From: a virus
Lineage: Duplodnaviria; Caudoviricetes
Virus record (IMG/VR): IMGVR_UViG_3300029288_000123
Span: 1 to 64,000 of that record
DNA: 64,000 nt
Reading direction: 5' to 3' (one strand)
Of the stretch, positions 1 through 9,164 are shown piece by piece. The position numbers and the translations under genes were made by a program. Within the stretch, counting starts at the first letter, position 1. The number at the start of each line of letters is the position of its first letter. The notes beneath the pieces were generated by a model that was given only the letters and a program-made list of their open reading frames with translations, made no database searches and was not told the DNA's origin.

Positions 1-1
1 G

Positions 2-163
2 TCAGCTCAAAGCGGAGACAAGTCACGGTCAGCTCAAAGCGGATACGGGTCGCAGTCAGCTCAAAGCGGAGACTGGTCGCAGTCAGCTCAAAGCGGAAAT
101 AAGTCGCAGTCAGCTCAAAGCGGAGACGGGTCGCAGTCAGCTCAAAGCGGAGATGAGTCGCAA
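2..163 (+). repeat. Six in-frame 27-bp tandem repeats (TCAGCTCAAAGCGGA + variable NAY NRG + TCR CRR)
   Basis: Read directly; first 15 nt invariant in all six units. Confidence 0.95.
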
Positions 164-397
164 ATAGAATTACAGGGAAAAAAATGTGTAGGTGCAAGTA
201 TCGGTAGGGGTTGTCGAATTAAAGGAAAGGTTGGGTGTTGGATAACATTAGCCGAGTACGGAAAATGGACAGGCAAATATTATCCTGTTTTGTGTGTTAA
301 ATCAGCCAAAATAGACGGTAAAAAAATTAAAGCCGACACATGGTATCAGTTAATAGACGGTAAATTTAAGGAGGCAAATATTAGAATTTCTGAGTGA
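2..397 (+). CDS. 5'-truncated repeat-containing phage protein (9-aa SAQSGxxSQ repeats; DUF7666-like C-terminus)
   Basis: Open frame from base 2 to TGA at 395-397, absent from the ORF track because no start is in the window; ends ...VKSAKIDGKKIKADTWYQLIDGKF, typical of this phage repeat family. Confidence 0.75.
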   Translation, partial: SAQSGDKSRSAQSGYGSQSAQSGDWSQSAQSGNKSQSAQSGDGSQSAQSGDESQIELQGKKCVGASIGRGCRIKGKVGCWITLAEYGKWTGKYYPVLCVKSAKIDGKKIKADTWYQLIDGKFKEANIRISE

Positions 398-432
398 AGT
401 TTAATCACATACAAAGAAAAGGAAATAAGGAA

Positions 433-609
433 ATGAAGTTATATATTTGGAAACATAAAAACAGAGCAATAAGACCAGAAAATATATATCCGTTTATACT
501 GGTCAGCAAAACAATCAAAACAAATGCTTTTAGACCTCTTTATTGTTATGCTTTTTTTACAAAAAGAGATGCGGTTAATTATATGAAAGAGAGAGAGAGA
601 TTGGAATGA
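433..609 (+). CDS. Small hypothetical protein
   Basis: ORF; ATG at 433 follows AAGG RBS-like sequence. Confidence 0.5.
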   Translation: MKLYIWKHKNRAIRPENIYPFILVSKTIKTNAFRPLYCYAFFTKRDAVNYMKERERLE

Positions 610-651
610 TGATACAAAAAAATATTTTGATTTACTAAAAATAGAGGTAAA

Positions 652-1605
652 ATGAAACCTTTAATCGAACAGTTTTTAAATTATTTGTCATTAAATGGAA
701 TGGCTAAAAATTATTTTTATACTATAAGAACTTTTATAAAATATGTAGAAGAAAAACAACTAAAATATAAAGATTTTGACTTTTCGAAAATAACAGAGTT
801 TATTCTTTATGTTAAAACAAAAACTTCTGAACCCGAAACTATTAATGCTTACATTAAAGCGTTAAAATGTTTTTTTAAGTTTCTTATACTTAATAAATTA
901 GCAACCGAAGAAAATTTAGTTGAAATAAATAAATTACCGTATCAGCGACGAACTGAAAAAATAAAACCTCAATTTACACCGGACGATTTAAGGTTTCTTG
1001 TGAGGCGAGCAATGGGCTGGTTAAGTTCATATATTCATCCGCTCAAATTAAAAGCGATTTTATATTTTTATTACTTTACAGGTATTAGAAGAAATGAAAT
1101 TCTAAATATTTCTCGAAAAGATATAGATTTAAAAAACTGTACGGCAATAATTAGACTTCCCAATAAAAGTAAAAAAGAGAGAAAAGTATGTTTTAACAAA
1201 GATGTTGCAGATATTTTAGAAATGTATTTTGTCAGAGAACCGGAAGAAAATGTAGAAAGAAACGCATTTAATTTAACGGAAGGAAAATTACAGTGTATAT
1301 TAAAAAATATAAAACCTATTCTCAAAGAAAAAAATATTACTTGGCACTCTTTTCGTCACGGGTTTGCGGAAATGTTAGAAGCAAACGGTATAAGTATAAC
1401 TTCGGCTCAAAAATTGCTGGGGCACAGTGATATTAAAACTACTCTGAGATATTATAAACCCAAAACAGAAACAGCAATAAACGAATATCAGTATAAAATT
1501 AGAAACACAGAACCAAAACCAAATTCTTTTAAAATTAATAAACCCAGAAAAGAACCAAAACAGCGTAAGGCTGAGATAGAGCTTGAAGATTTACCTGAAT
1601 TATAA
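652..1605 (+). CDS. Tyrosine recombinase/integrase (XerC/D-like)
   Basis: Catalytic motifs TGIRRNE, K(SKK), HSFRH, LLGH, TLRY; N-terminal SAM-like helical domain. Confidence 0.92.
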   Translation: MKPLIEQFLNYLSLNGMAKNYFYTIRTFIKYVEEKQLKYKDFDFSKITEFILYVKTKTSEPETINAYIKALKCFFKFLILNKLATEENLVEINKLPYQRRTEKIKPQFTPDDLRFLVRRAMGWLSSYIHPLKLKAILYFYYFTGIRRNEILNISRKDIDLKNCTAIIRLPNKSKKERKVCFNKDVADILEMYFVREPEENVERNAFNLTEGKLQCILKNIKPILKEKNITWHSFRHGFAEMLEANGISITSAQKLLGHSDIKTTLRYYKPKTETAINEYQYKIRNTEPKPNSFKINKPRKEPKQRKAEIELEDLPEL

Positions 1606-1624
1606 TCAAGTTTAGCCTTAAATA

Positions 1625-1733
1625 CCCCAAAAACGCACAGAATGGGGTCTAGAACGCACGATTATTGATGGGGGTAGGGTTAGGTATGCCTTTTTAAAAA
1701 TCTCAAGCGAGAAGGGGCGTTTTGTGCGTTTTT
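1625..1733. repeat. Dispersed element copy 1 (complete: arm > core < arm)
   Basis: Left arm CCCCAAAAACGCACAGAATGGGGTCT 1625-1650; core GGTAGGGTTAGGTATGCC 1673-1690; 1689-1733 is the exact reverse complement of 40071-40115. Confidence 0.9.
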
Positions 1734-1799
1734 TGACTATATATAGGGTAGGTCTAGACCCCCAATTTGCATATTTTGAGCAAAAGTAGGGTATTATAG

Positions 1800-2125
1800 A
1801 TTACTTTTTATATTAATCTTTTAGTTCTTTTAAATAAAAAGCTTTTAATATCTTTTACGTATAGATAAAGCTAAAAGCTTTTAAAATATACTCTGTGTAG
1901 TACACAGAGATTAATATTTATTTTATACTAGTATACTAATACTATACAGCTTGTTTTAAGCTTAGTATATATCTTCTTATATACTAAGCGTTTTAAGAGT
2001 ATTCTAGTAATAATATACTCTTAAATAAAATAAAAAGCTTTTTAAAAGCTTTAGTTAAAAAGCTAAGAAAGAAAAGAAAGAAATATATAAAGAAAGAAAA
2101 GAAAGAAAAAAAATTACACCAAAAG
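1800..2125. other. Candidate replication origin: extremely AT-rich, with reiterated AAAGCT(T) motifs and palindromes
   Basis: Several AAAGCT/AAGCTT copies, inverted repeat CTCTGTGTA-G-TACACAGAG 1891-1909, TATACTAGTATA palindrome, purine-rich tract; no credible ORF. Confidence 0.5.
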
Positions 2126-2134
2126 GAGACCAAA

Positions 2135-2740
2135 ATGAATATTAAGAATCCCGAAAAGTATTTAACGGTTGCAACACACGTAGCCAATAAAATGTTTTCT
2201 TTATATGGAAATACGTATTTGAATAACAGTATATCTCGCAAAGATTTATGTATTATTGCTATGAATATTGCATCCGAAGTAATAAATAAATACAGCACAC
2301 TTCCACAAGCAAAAAAAGGATTTTCATTAAAGGCTTGTATACGTTTAAGTGTTACCGGTAAACTTTATAATATTATTAATCGTAAATGTTTGCATCACAA
2401 CAAAACGATAACGTTTCTACCTATGGAAGATATTGTTAATATTGCTGAATCTGCTGGAGCTTACGTTATGCCGGCAATTAATATAAATCTCGATTTAGAT
2501 GAACATTCACCAAAAAAAGATATTAACTATTTTGATATTAAAGAGTTACGACCGGTTTTAACTCGCAGAGAGTATTCGTTTGTGATAGATTATTTTGTTA
2601 AAGGAAAATCTTTAAGAGAAATATACAAAAAAAACAATTTTTCTTGGTTTTTAATGGCAAAATTTATGGCAAAAGTTACCAAAACAGTAAAAAAGTTTTT
2701 AATCAGAAGTAACTATGATTTAAGTAATTACGAAAAATGA
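2135..2740 (+). CDS. Sigma-70 region-4-like HTH transcription factor (possible phage sigma factor)
   Basis: LTRREYSFVIDYFVKGKSLREIYK pattern near the C-terminus; AAGGAG RBS. Confidence 0.55.
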   Translation: MNIKNPEKYLTVATHVANKMFSLYGNTYLNNSISRKDLCIIAMNIASEVINKYSTLPQAKKGFSLKACIRLSVTGKLYNIINRKCLHHNKTITFLPMEDIVNIAESAGAYVMPAININLDLDEHSPKKDINYFDIKELRPVLTRREYSFVIDYFVKGKSLREIYKKNNFSWFLMAKFMAKVTKTVKKFLIRSNYDLSNYEK

Positions 2741-2785
2741 GAAAAAAAAGTATTTGAAATTACGGTAAAAACTGTTATATATTAA

Positions 2786-3418
2786 GTGAGAGCAGTTGCT
2801 ATTTTTAATTCGGAGAAATATATGACAGTTAAAGAAAAGTTAAATTTATATTTTAAACTTATAGAAAACCAATTCAATTACGGCGGAGAAAAATACGCTG
2901 TCGGTTATTCTGATAAAGAAGCAACAGATATACTTTGTGAAAGTCACGGATACAGGGGTTTGTTTTGGGTAATGAACAAATATGTTATTCGGTTTCGAAA
3001 CAAACATCTTGAAAAAGACCTTTTAAAAATAGGCTGTTTTTGTTATATTTTATGGCTTAAACGAGGATTTCATATTATTTCTTCTGGAATTGATTCCCCT
3101 ATTTTATCCACTAACCTTGAAGTTAAAAAAAATAATTTTATTAAATTTCAACAGTTCATTGAATATCAAAATCGAGATTTGTTAAACATTTCCAGTGATA
3201 TAAAAGATGATGATATTTCTGATGATGAATATTTGAATACTGTTGAGGAAAGTTTAAAAAGATGTTCAACACAAACAAATTGGGAAAATATAGGAAGCTA
3301 TTCAGTTGATATAATTTTTATTAATGTTTTTCACGTGTGGCAAAGAAATTTTGCTAATAACAAAGAACACAACGAAGATATTGGAAATCAAACAAATGAA
3401 AAAAACAGAAAAAATTAA
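2786..3418 (+). CDS. DUF3310-like protein (possible nucleotide-metabolism enzyme)
   Basis: KYVIRFRNKHLEKDLLKI resembles the KYxxRxxxKxxxEDLxK signature. Confidence 0.35.
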   Translation: MRAVAIFNSEKYMTVKEKLNLYFKLIENQFNYGGEKYAVGYSDKEATDILCESHGYRGLFWVMNKYVIRFRNKHLEKDLLKIGCFCYILWLKRGFHIISSGIDSPILSTNLEVKKNNFIKFQQFIEYQNRDLLNISSDIKDDDISDDEYLNTVEESLKRCSTQTNWENIGSYSVDIIFINVFHVWQRNFANNKEHNEDIGNQTNEKNRKN

Positions 3419-3638
3419 AACACCGGAGATTCTTTGGTGTGGTTATTGTAAAAAAGAGATTTTTGGATTGTATATTGTTGACGGTAAAGGAAAATATAAA
3501 ACCGAGTATCATATTAGCTGTTTTTTGAAAGCTCACGCCGAAGATTTATGTGAAGAAGATATAGAATCTTTTGAAAAATTAGAGTTATTAGAATTAGATT
3601 ATAATGAAGAGAACAACGAAGACAATGTTGACAATTAA
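3396..3638 (+). CDS. Small zinc-finger protein with acidic tail
   Basis: CGYC...HISC; D/E-rich C-terminus. Confidence 0.5.
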   Translation: MKKTEKIKTPEILWCGYCKKEIFGLYIVDGKGKYKTEYHISCFLKAHAEDLCEEDIESFEKLELLELDYNEENNEDNVDN

Positions 3639-4500
3639 ACCGAAAAATAAAATTTATTTTTTAGATTGGGGATATTATATTCATTCTTCAATTTATGCTA
3701 CACATCCAATTAGACCAAGTAGAGGATTTAATCCGTTACCTTCAACCTTTGTTGCTATGAGAATGATGCTAACAAATTTACGAGAAACAGGTATACAACC
3801 GGATGATATAGTTATTATAGCAACAGATAAAACTCATATTAGTGGAAATTGGAGGGCGGAATTAGATAAAGAATATAAATCAACAAGAAAACAAAAAAGA
3901 GAAAAAAGAATTGATATAGATTGGCAAAGTGAATACGGTAAACATAATGATTTCGAAAAAATTCTCAAAAAATCAACGCCTTTTTATGTTTTAGGAATAG
4001 AAAAATTAGAGGCTGATGATATTATTTCTTTTGGAGTTAGATATTTTCCAAATAACGAAAAAATTATTATAGCGTCTGACCAAGATTACGAACAACTTTT
4101 ATGTTTTAAAAATATTTTGATTTATAGCCCGAAAGCTAAAAGGTTTAAGGTTGTAAAAAATCCTTATAAAGTTTTACAAAAGAAAATAGAAAAAGAAGTA
4201 TCTGATGATTTAAGAAGTAAAGTGTGCGACGAAAAAGAGTTTGAAATTAGAAGACAAATTGTAGATTTAACCAGTTTACCGGATTGTGTAGAACAAAAGA
4301 TTGAGCCCGTGTTTAATCAATTAGAAGAAAAGAAATATAATTTAGCTTTGTTACCTTACAATTCATTAAGAGAAAACTTTTTTAGTATTTATAATAATGC
4401 TAATCCAGAAACATTTGAAAAATCTAAAATGTTTTTGCAGAAAAAAGACCGAAAGAAAAAGATTGAAAAAGAAAAAAAGAAGCAGTTGAGATTAGTGTAA
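3604..4500 (+). CDS. 5'-3' exonuclease / flap endonuclease (T4 RNase H-like)
   Basis: FLD, WR...YKxxR, EADDII, SDQDYEQL motifs. Confidence 0.88.
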   Translation: MKRTTKTMLTIKPKNKIYFLDWGYYIHSSIYATHPIRPSRGFNPLPSTFVAMRMMLTNLRETGIQPDDIVIIATDKTHISGNWRAELDKEYKSTRKQKREKRIDIDWQSEYGKHNDFEKILKKSTPFYVLGIEKLEADDIISFGVRYFPNNEKIIIASDQDYEQLLCFKNILIYSPKAKRFKVVKNPYKVLQKKIEKEVSDDLRSKVCDEKEFEIRRQIVDLTSLPDCVEQKIEPVFNQLEEKKYNLALLPYNSLRENFFSIYNNANPETFEKSKMFLQKKDRKKKIEKEKKKQLRLV

Positions 4501-4545
4501 TGGAATTTATAATATAGTTCATTGGCTTTAAAAAAGGAGGAAAGT

Positions 4546-5004
4546 ATGAATAATGATATTACAATTGTAAGATTTAGTAGAAACGGAAATATGGTTCTCT
4601 TGCATATGCCCGACGGAAAAGACAAATGGTTTTTTCTGAATAAAACTGTAGAAACATATTATAAAAAGCATCCCGCCGATGAAGGAACAGTTGTAGAAAT
4701 AAAATATGAGGAATCTACAAAAAAAGGCGATGCTAGCACTATAACTTTTATGCAAAGTAATAATCAATCATCTCCTGTAGAGAATAAATCTTCTGTTGCT
4801 ACTTCTTCTGCTAATGGGAAAAGTAGAACACAAGAAAAATGGTCAAAATATGGTTCGCCCGAAGATGTAAGAGGTAAGAAAATGGGGTGTGCGTTGGCAG
4901 GTGCTTGTCAATTAGTTTCGGGTATGGGAATTACAACTACTGATGATATTAAAAACGCTGTAAAAACTATGTTTGAATATAATATGAGTTTATTGAATGA
5001 CTGA
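4546..5004 (+). CDS. Putative single-stranded DNA-binding protein
   Basis: Beta-rich N-domain plus low-complexity linker; sits between flap nuclease and primase; AGGAGG RBS. Confidence 0.35.
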   Translation: MNNDITIVRFSRNGNMVLLHMPDGKDKWFFLNKTVETYYKKHPADEGTVVEIKYEESTKKGDASTITFMQSNNQSSPVENKSSVATSSANGKSRTQEKWSKYGSPEDVRGKKMGCALAGACQLVSGMGITTTDDIKNAVKTMFEYNMSLLND

Positions 5005-8000
5005 TTATAAAAAATCTGTATTGATAAATACAATAGATTATTTGAAAAAGGCAGTGCCCGATTTTGTAACAGAAAAATCAGGTAAATCTAAATCTATTTT
5101 TACTTGTCCTTTATGTAAAAACAAATTGCCCAGTTGCAGTTTTAAACCTTTTTCAGAATTTCAAATGTATTGTACAGCTTGTAAAAAAAGTTTTGATGCT
5201 ATTGATGTTTGGAAAGACATTAATCCGTCAAAAAATTTATCTGAAGAAGACATTTTAACAGATATTCAACGTTCAATAGGCGGTAATCATTTAATATCTC
5301 CAACAGAGATTAATAATTTGATTGTAAAATATCAGAAACTCGGATTTGATTTATTGCCTATTGGTGCTGGGTCTAAAATTCCTTTAGAACAAGGGTGGCA
5401 ACATAAAGTGCATAAAGAACTAAGTGAATGGGAAAATTGGATTTTTAAGTATAATTTTAATATAGGAGTAAAAACCGGAAAATCTTCTAATTGTATTGTT
5501 ATAGATTTTGATAGTAAGATTCCAAAAGAACTTAAAAATATTCTTGGAGATACATTAATTCAAAAAACACCTAGGGGGGTTCATTATTTTTATCAGTATG
5601 ACTCTGAGTTATCTAATACAAATAATTTAGGTAATTTAAAAATTGATATAAGGTCTGACGGCGGTCAAATTGTTGTTGCTCCAAGTATAACGGACGGGGA
5701 AAGTAGAGAGTTTATTGATATTAACAAAAATATTATTTCTATTCCCCAAAATGTAAAAGAATTTTTGTTATCAAAATATTCTGCTTCTGCAATAATTAAT
5801 GATGAAGATAAAATTAAAGCGGATATTGATAAGGAAAATTTTAATTTGGGGGTGTTAGGAAACGGGGACGGAAGAAATAATGCTTTAGTTAGGATAGGAG
5901 GAGTTTTACGAAAAAAACTTCCCGTTGCAAACGTTAATACTGTTTTATATACTCTTAATAAAACTTTATTTAATCCCCCGTTAGATTATCAAGAAATGAG
6001 AGCAATGTTTAATAGTCTGGAAAAATATTCGGTTACTGATGAAACCAAATTTGTTCAGGAAGTTTATGAACGGTTAAAAATACCTCAAGAGGCAAGTTTA
6101 TATGATTTATTAGAAATGTTAGAGTTAAATCGTAAGTCGGGAACGGATAGAGAAAAATTAGATACCGCTTTAAAAAGTTTAATGAAAGAAGGTTTAATTT
6201 ATAAAAGTCACAGAATGTATCATATTGTTGAAACCCCGAATTGGCAAACTGAATTTATGGATGAAGGCGAAGAAGTGAAATTCAAATTTCCTTATTTCTC
6301 TGATATAGCAATAGTTAGGGATAGAGATATTGTAATTTTGGGAGGAGCAACTGGAGCTGGAAAATGTATATCTGATGGTTATTTGGCTACAAATCGTGGA
6401 CTAGTGGATATTTCTAATTTTGGTAGCAAAAGAAAAGAAGGTGTTTCTTCTATAAGTTCTCATTTTCGGATTTATTCTGGAGTTAAAAATAAGTGTAGGC
6501 AACCTAATTATTTTTATAAAGAAAAAGTTAACCAAACAATTAAAATTAAAACTTTTTTTGGATATGAAATAGAAGGAACATTAGAACATCCAATTTTGAT
6601 TAAAGACAAATATATAAGCAAAGGCACGCCTCATTATCATATAATTTGTAAAAAATTAAGTGATATTCAAGAGGGAGACGAGGTAGTTATTATTCCCCCA
6701 AACTGTTTTAGTGATAGTGAATTTTCTAATAAATTTAAGTTTGTATATAAAAAAAATAAACACGCTAATAATATGAACAAAATATTTATACCAAATAAAA
6801 TGACTCCTGAATTAGGCAGATTTTTTGGATATGTGATAGGAGACGGAAACTTACAAAAAAATACTATTACTATTTATCAAAATATTAAATACAAAAAAGT
6901 TCACGAAGATATAATGAAACTCTATAGTTATTTTAAACTAGAACCAAATATAGAACAAAGAGAAAATTGTATATATTATTATTTTAGGTCTTCTATTTTA
7001 ACAAGTTTAGTTAGAAAAATTTTATTTGAAACAAACAAAATAAATATAACATCCCCCAATAGAAAAATACCTCAAGCAATATTTTCTGCTTCTAAAGATG
7101 TTCAAATAGCTTTTTTAGAAGCTTATATTAATTGTGAAAGTTATCTTTATGTAAAAAAAGGAAATCTGGAATTATCAAGTGCAAGTTTAAAATTATTACA
7201 ACAAATACAAATTATACTATTAAATCTGGGAATTTTTGTTAAATTACATTCTAAATTTAACAAAAAATATCAGAGAAACTATTATAGATTAGTTTTTTCT
7301 GTTATTGAACTTTATAAACTTTTTCAACTTTGCCATTTAGCAAAATATTATGATTATATTCCTAAAAAATCTCAAAATCCTAATATATTTTTAAGACAAC
7401 ATTCTAATCAATTCAAAACCTCTTATTATTTTGATAAAATTATATCTAAAGAATATAAAAACGAAGAAAAATATGTTTATGATTTTAATATAGAATCAAA
7501 AAAATATAAAAAAAATAATAGATTTTGGTGTAACGGTTTTATAAATCATAATACGCATGTCTCAATGAATATTATTAAAAGACTTAAAGAACAAGGAATT
7601 GTTCCTGATTATTATAGTTCGGAAGGCGGTAGCCGGTTTGCTACTATATCTAAATATTTGGGGCTGATTGAGGGTGATTATAGATTTTGTAAAGAAATTA
7701 ATCCTATGAAAATAAAGTTGACTAAAGACACTGTAACTATTGTTGATTGGTTACGACCAACAGAATATTCAGATACAGATGTTATATTCGAAAAACTGAA
7801 CGAAGAAATTCAAAAACAGGGAGGCGTGCTGATTGTTTTAATGCAATTAAGGAAAAGTTCGGGAGATTTTTTTGCTAAAGACTTAGTTGAGTTTTATCCG
7901 GCTTTAGTATCAAAGTTTGTACAGAGAGAAAATAGTTATGAAAGTTATTTCGAAACTATAAAAATAAGAGAAGTGCGAGTAAGGGGGGCTTCTCAAAATC

Positions 8001-8080
8001 AGATTATTAATTGCAGATTTGATTTTGATACAAAAGAATTAAAAACGTTAAATGAATTAGAAACAGAAGGAAAATTGTGA
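4997..8080 (+). CDS. Zn-finger/prim-pol primase/PriCT/P-loop helicase fusion with intein
   Basis: CPLC..CTAC; NIGVKTG, VIDFD, KTPRGVHYFY, DIRSDGGQIVVAPS; GRNNAL; Walker A GGATGAGK/T split by intein; Walker B IVDW. Confidence 0.88.
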   Translation: MTDYKKSVLINTIDYLKKAVPDFVTEKSGKSKSIFTCPLCKNKLPSCSFKPFSEFQMYCTACKKSFDAIDVWKDINPSKNLSEEDILTDIQRSIGGNHLISPTEINNLIVKYQKLGFDLLPIGAGSKIPLEQGWQHKVHKELSEWENWIFKYNFNIGVKTGKSSNCIVIDFDSKIPKELKNILGDTLIQKTPRGVHYFYQYDSELSNTNNLGNLKIDIRSDGGQIVVAPSITDGESREFIDINKNIISIPQNVKEFLLSKYSASAIINDEDKIKADIDKENFNLGVLGNGDGRNNALVRIGGVLRKKLPVANVNTVLYTLNKTLFNPPLDYQEMRAMFNSLEKYSVTDETKFVQEVYERLKIPQEASLYDLLEMLELNRKSGTDREKLDTALKSLMKEGLIYKSHRMYHIVETPNWQTEFMDEGEEVKFKFPYFSDIAIVRDRDIVILGGATGAGKCISDGYLATNRGLVDISNFGSKRKEGVSSISSHFRIYSGVKNKCRQPNYFYKEKVNQTIKIKTFFGYEIEGTLEHPILIKDKYISKGTPHYHIICKKLSDIQEGDEVVIIPPNCFSDSEFSNKFKFVYKKNKHANNMNKIFIPNKMTPELGRFFGYVIGDGNLQKNTITIYQNIKYKKVHEDIMKLYSYFKLEPNIEQRENCIYYYFRSSILTSLVRKILFETNKINITSPNRKIPQAIFSASKDVQIAFLEAYINCESYLYVKKGNLELSSASLKLLQQIQIILLNLGIFVKLHSKFNKKYQRNYYRLVFSVIELYKLFQLCHLAKYYDYIPKKSQNPNIFLRQHSNQFKTSYYFDKIISKEYKNEEKYVYDFNIESKKYKKNNRFWCNGFINHNTHVSMNIIKRLKEQGIVPDYYSSEGGSRFATISKYLGLIEGDYRFCKEINPMKIKLTKDTVTIVDWLRPTEYSDTDVIFEKLNEEIQKQGGVLIVLMQLRKSSGDFFAKDLVEFYPALVSKFVQRENSYESYFETIKIREVRVRGASQNQIINCRFDFDTKELKTLNELETEGKL
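6365..7552 (+). mobile_element. Intein with LAGLIDADG homing endonuclease (396 aa) in helicase Walker A
   Basis: Starts CISDG; block B EGTLEHP; FFGYVIGDG; ends INHN followed by Thr. Confidence 0.92.
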
Positions 8081-8087
8081 GGTTATT

Positions 8088-8348
8088 ATGCTTATTAAAA
8101 ATTTATTAACAGAATTTTTTGGTAAAAAAGACGGGCAAATGAATGAAAATACAGAACTCGGTGATTGCGGTTTTACAGATGATATGGCTAAAGATATTAA
8201 AACTGTTATATTTAATGAGTATGGAGTTCAGCTTTCTTGTGATTTATTTACTTCAACGACTGTTAAAGAAATAATTGAAAATTTTAATAAAGAAATAGGA
8301 AACGATATTGATGCAACAGAACTTGCAAAAATAACAAGGAGAGGATAA
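8088..8348 (+). CDS. Divergent acyl-carrier-protein-like protein lacking the Ppant serine
   Basis: ELGDCGFTDDMAKDIKTVIFNEYGVQLS...TTVKEII aligns to the ACP pattern DLGxDSLxxxELxxxLEEEFGxEI...TVxxxI. Confidence 0.5.
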   Translation: MLIKNLLTEFFGKKDGQMNENTELGDCGFTDDMAKDIKTVIFNEYGVQLSCDLFTSTTVKEIIENFNKEIGNDIDATELAKITRRG

Positions 8349-8349
8349 A

Positions 8350-8673
8350 ATGGAAAATAAAAATTATAATGCAGATTTTTTGAATTGTAGTGTTACTTAT
8401 AGTTCTGATAACACTTGGAATTTTGGAATTGATGGTAGTGACAATTATCTACCTGATAATAGCGGAAACTCATATTATGGATATGATTTTCTTTATGATT
8501 ATTATTGGGGATGGTATAGACCGATTTATATAGGAAGCCCAGTAATAGAAAAATCCAAAACAGAACAATCTTTTAAAATTGTAAAAGTTCTGATAGAGAA
8601 GAAGTTGATTTCTGGAAATTTAACTGTGAAGAAATTTATTGGACTTGTGGAAGAAATTTCTAACGTAATGTAA
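8350..8673 (+). CDS. Hypothetical protein
   Basis: ORF with GGAGAGG RBS. Confidence 0.6.
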   Translation: MENKNYNADFLNCSVTYSSDNTWNFGIDGSDNYLPDNSGNSYYGYDFLYDYYWGWYRPIYIGSPVIEKSKTEQSFKIVKVLIEKKLISGNLTVKKFIGLVEEISNVM

Positions 8674-8690
8674 AAAAAGGAGAGAGCCGA

Positions 8691-9164
8691 ATGAAAAAAC
8701 TGAATCTTAATATTGTTTTAAAGAAACCCGAAAAAGTGCCTGAACTGGATGATGAAGGTCATATAGTTCAGATAGACAAAGTTGATGATAAGGGTAATAC
8801 TGTAAAGGATGCAAAGGGAAACGTAGTAAAAGAAGTAAGCATGAAAGAGTTGACTCCTGTAGAGAGTGCATTGAATTGGATAGAAAATTCTATTATACGG
8901 GTAATGAATGGTATGAGTATTGATAGACGACCAACCAAACAACCCAAACTTTCCGATAAAGCAAAATGGAGAAAAGTTTATCAGGCTTTAGAAGGACACA
9001 AAGACGGTATAGTTTATTTGGAAACTGATGATTATACATATTTAGATGAAACTTTTCATAAGGTTGAGCAAGTAGCTGATGCAACAGTTGACACTATTCT
9101 TTTTGCTATTAGTGATGCTATTAAATCAGCCGAAGAATATAACCCTAATAAAGACAAAGAATGA
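8691..9164 (+). CDS. Hypothetical protein
   Basis: ORF with AGGAG RBS. Confidence 0.65.
   Translation: MKKLNLNIVLKKPEKVPELDDEGHIVQIDKVDDKGNTVKDAKGNVVKEVSMKELTPVESALNWIENSIIRVMNGMSIDRRPTKQPKLSDKAKWRKVYQALEGHKDGIVYLETDDYTYLDETFHKVEQVADATVDTILFAISDAIKSAEEYNPNKDKE

Noticed and set aside
2-163. CRISPR array or DGR variable region
   Set aside because: Units are 27 bp, in-frame coding and lack unique spacers; variation includes C/T changes, and no cas or reverse transcriptase gene is in the window.
1625-1733. Dispersed element as simple rho-independent terminator or IS end
   Set aside because: Three of four copies have only one arm and cannot form the hairpin; no target duplications or transposase seen.
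1993-2298. Minus-strand Phe-rich ORF, and similar antisense or nested ORFs (e.g. 1071-1325, 9624-9989, 39659-40030, 60623-60952, 61810-62049)
   Set aside because: Low-complexity shadows of real genes or A-rich tracts, opposite to the strand of their module.
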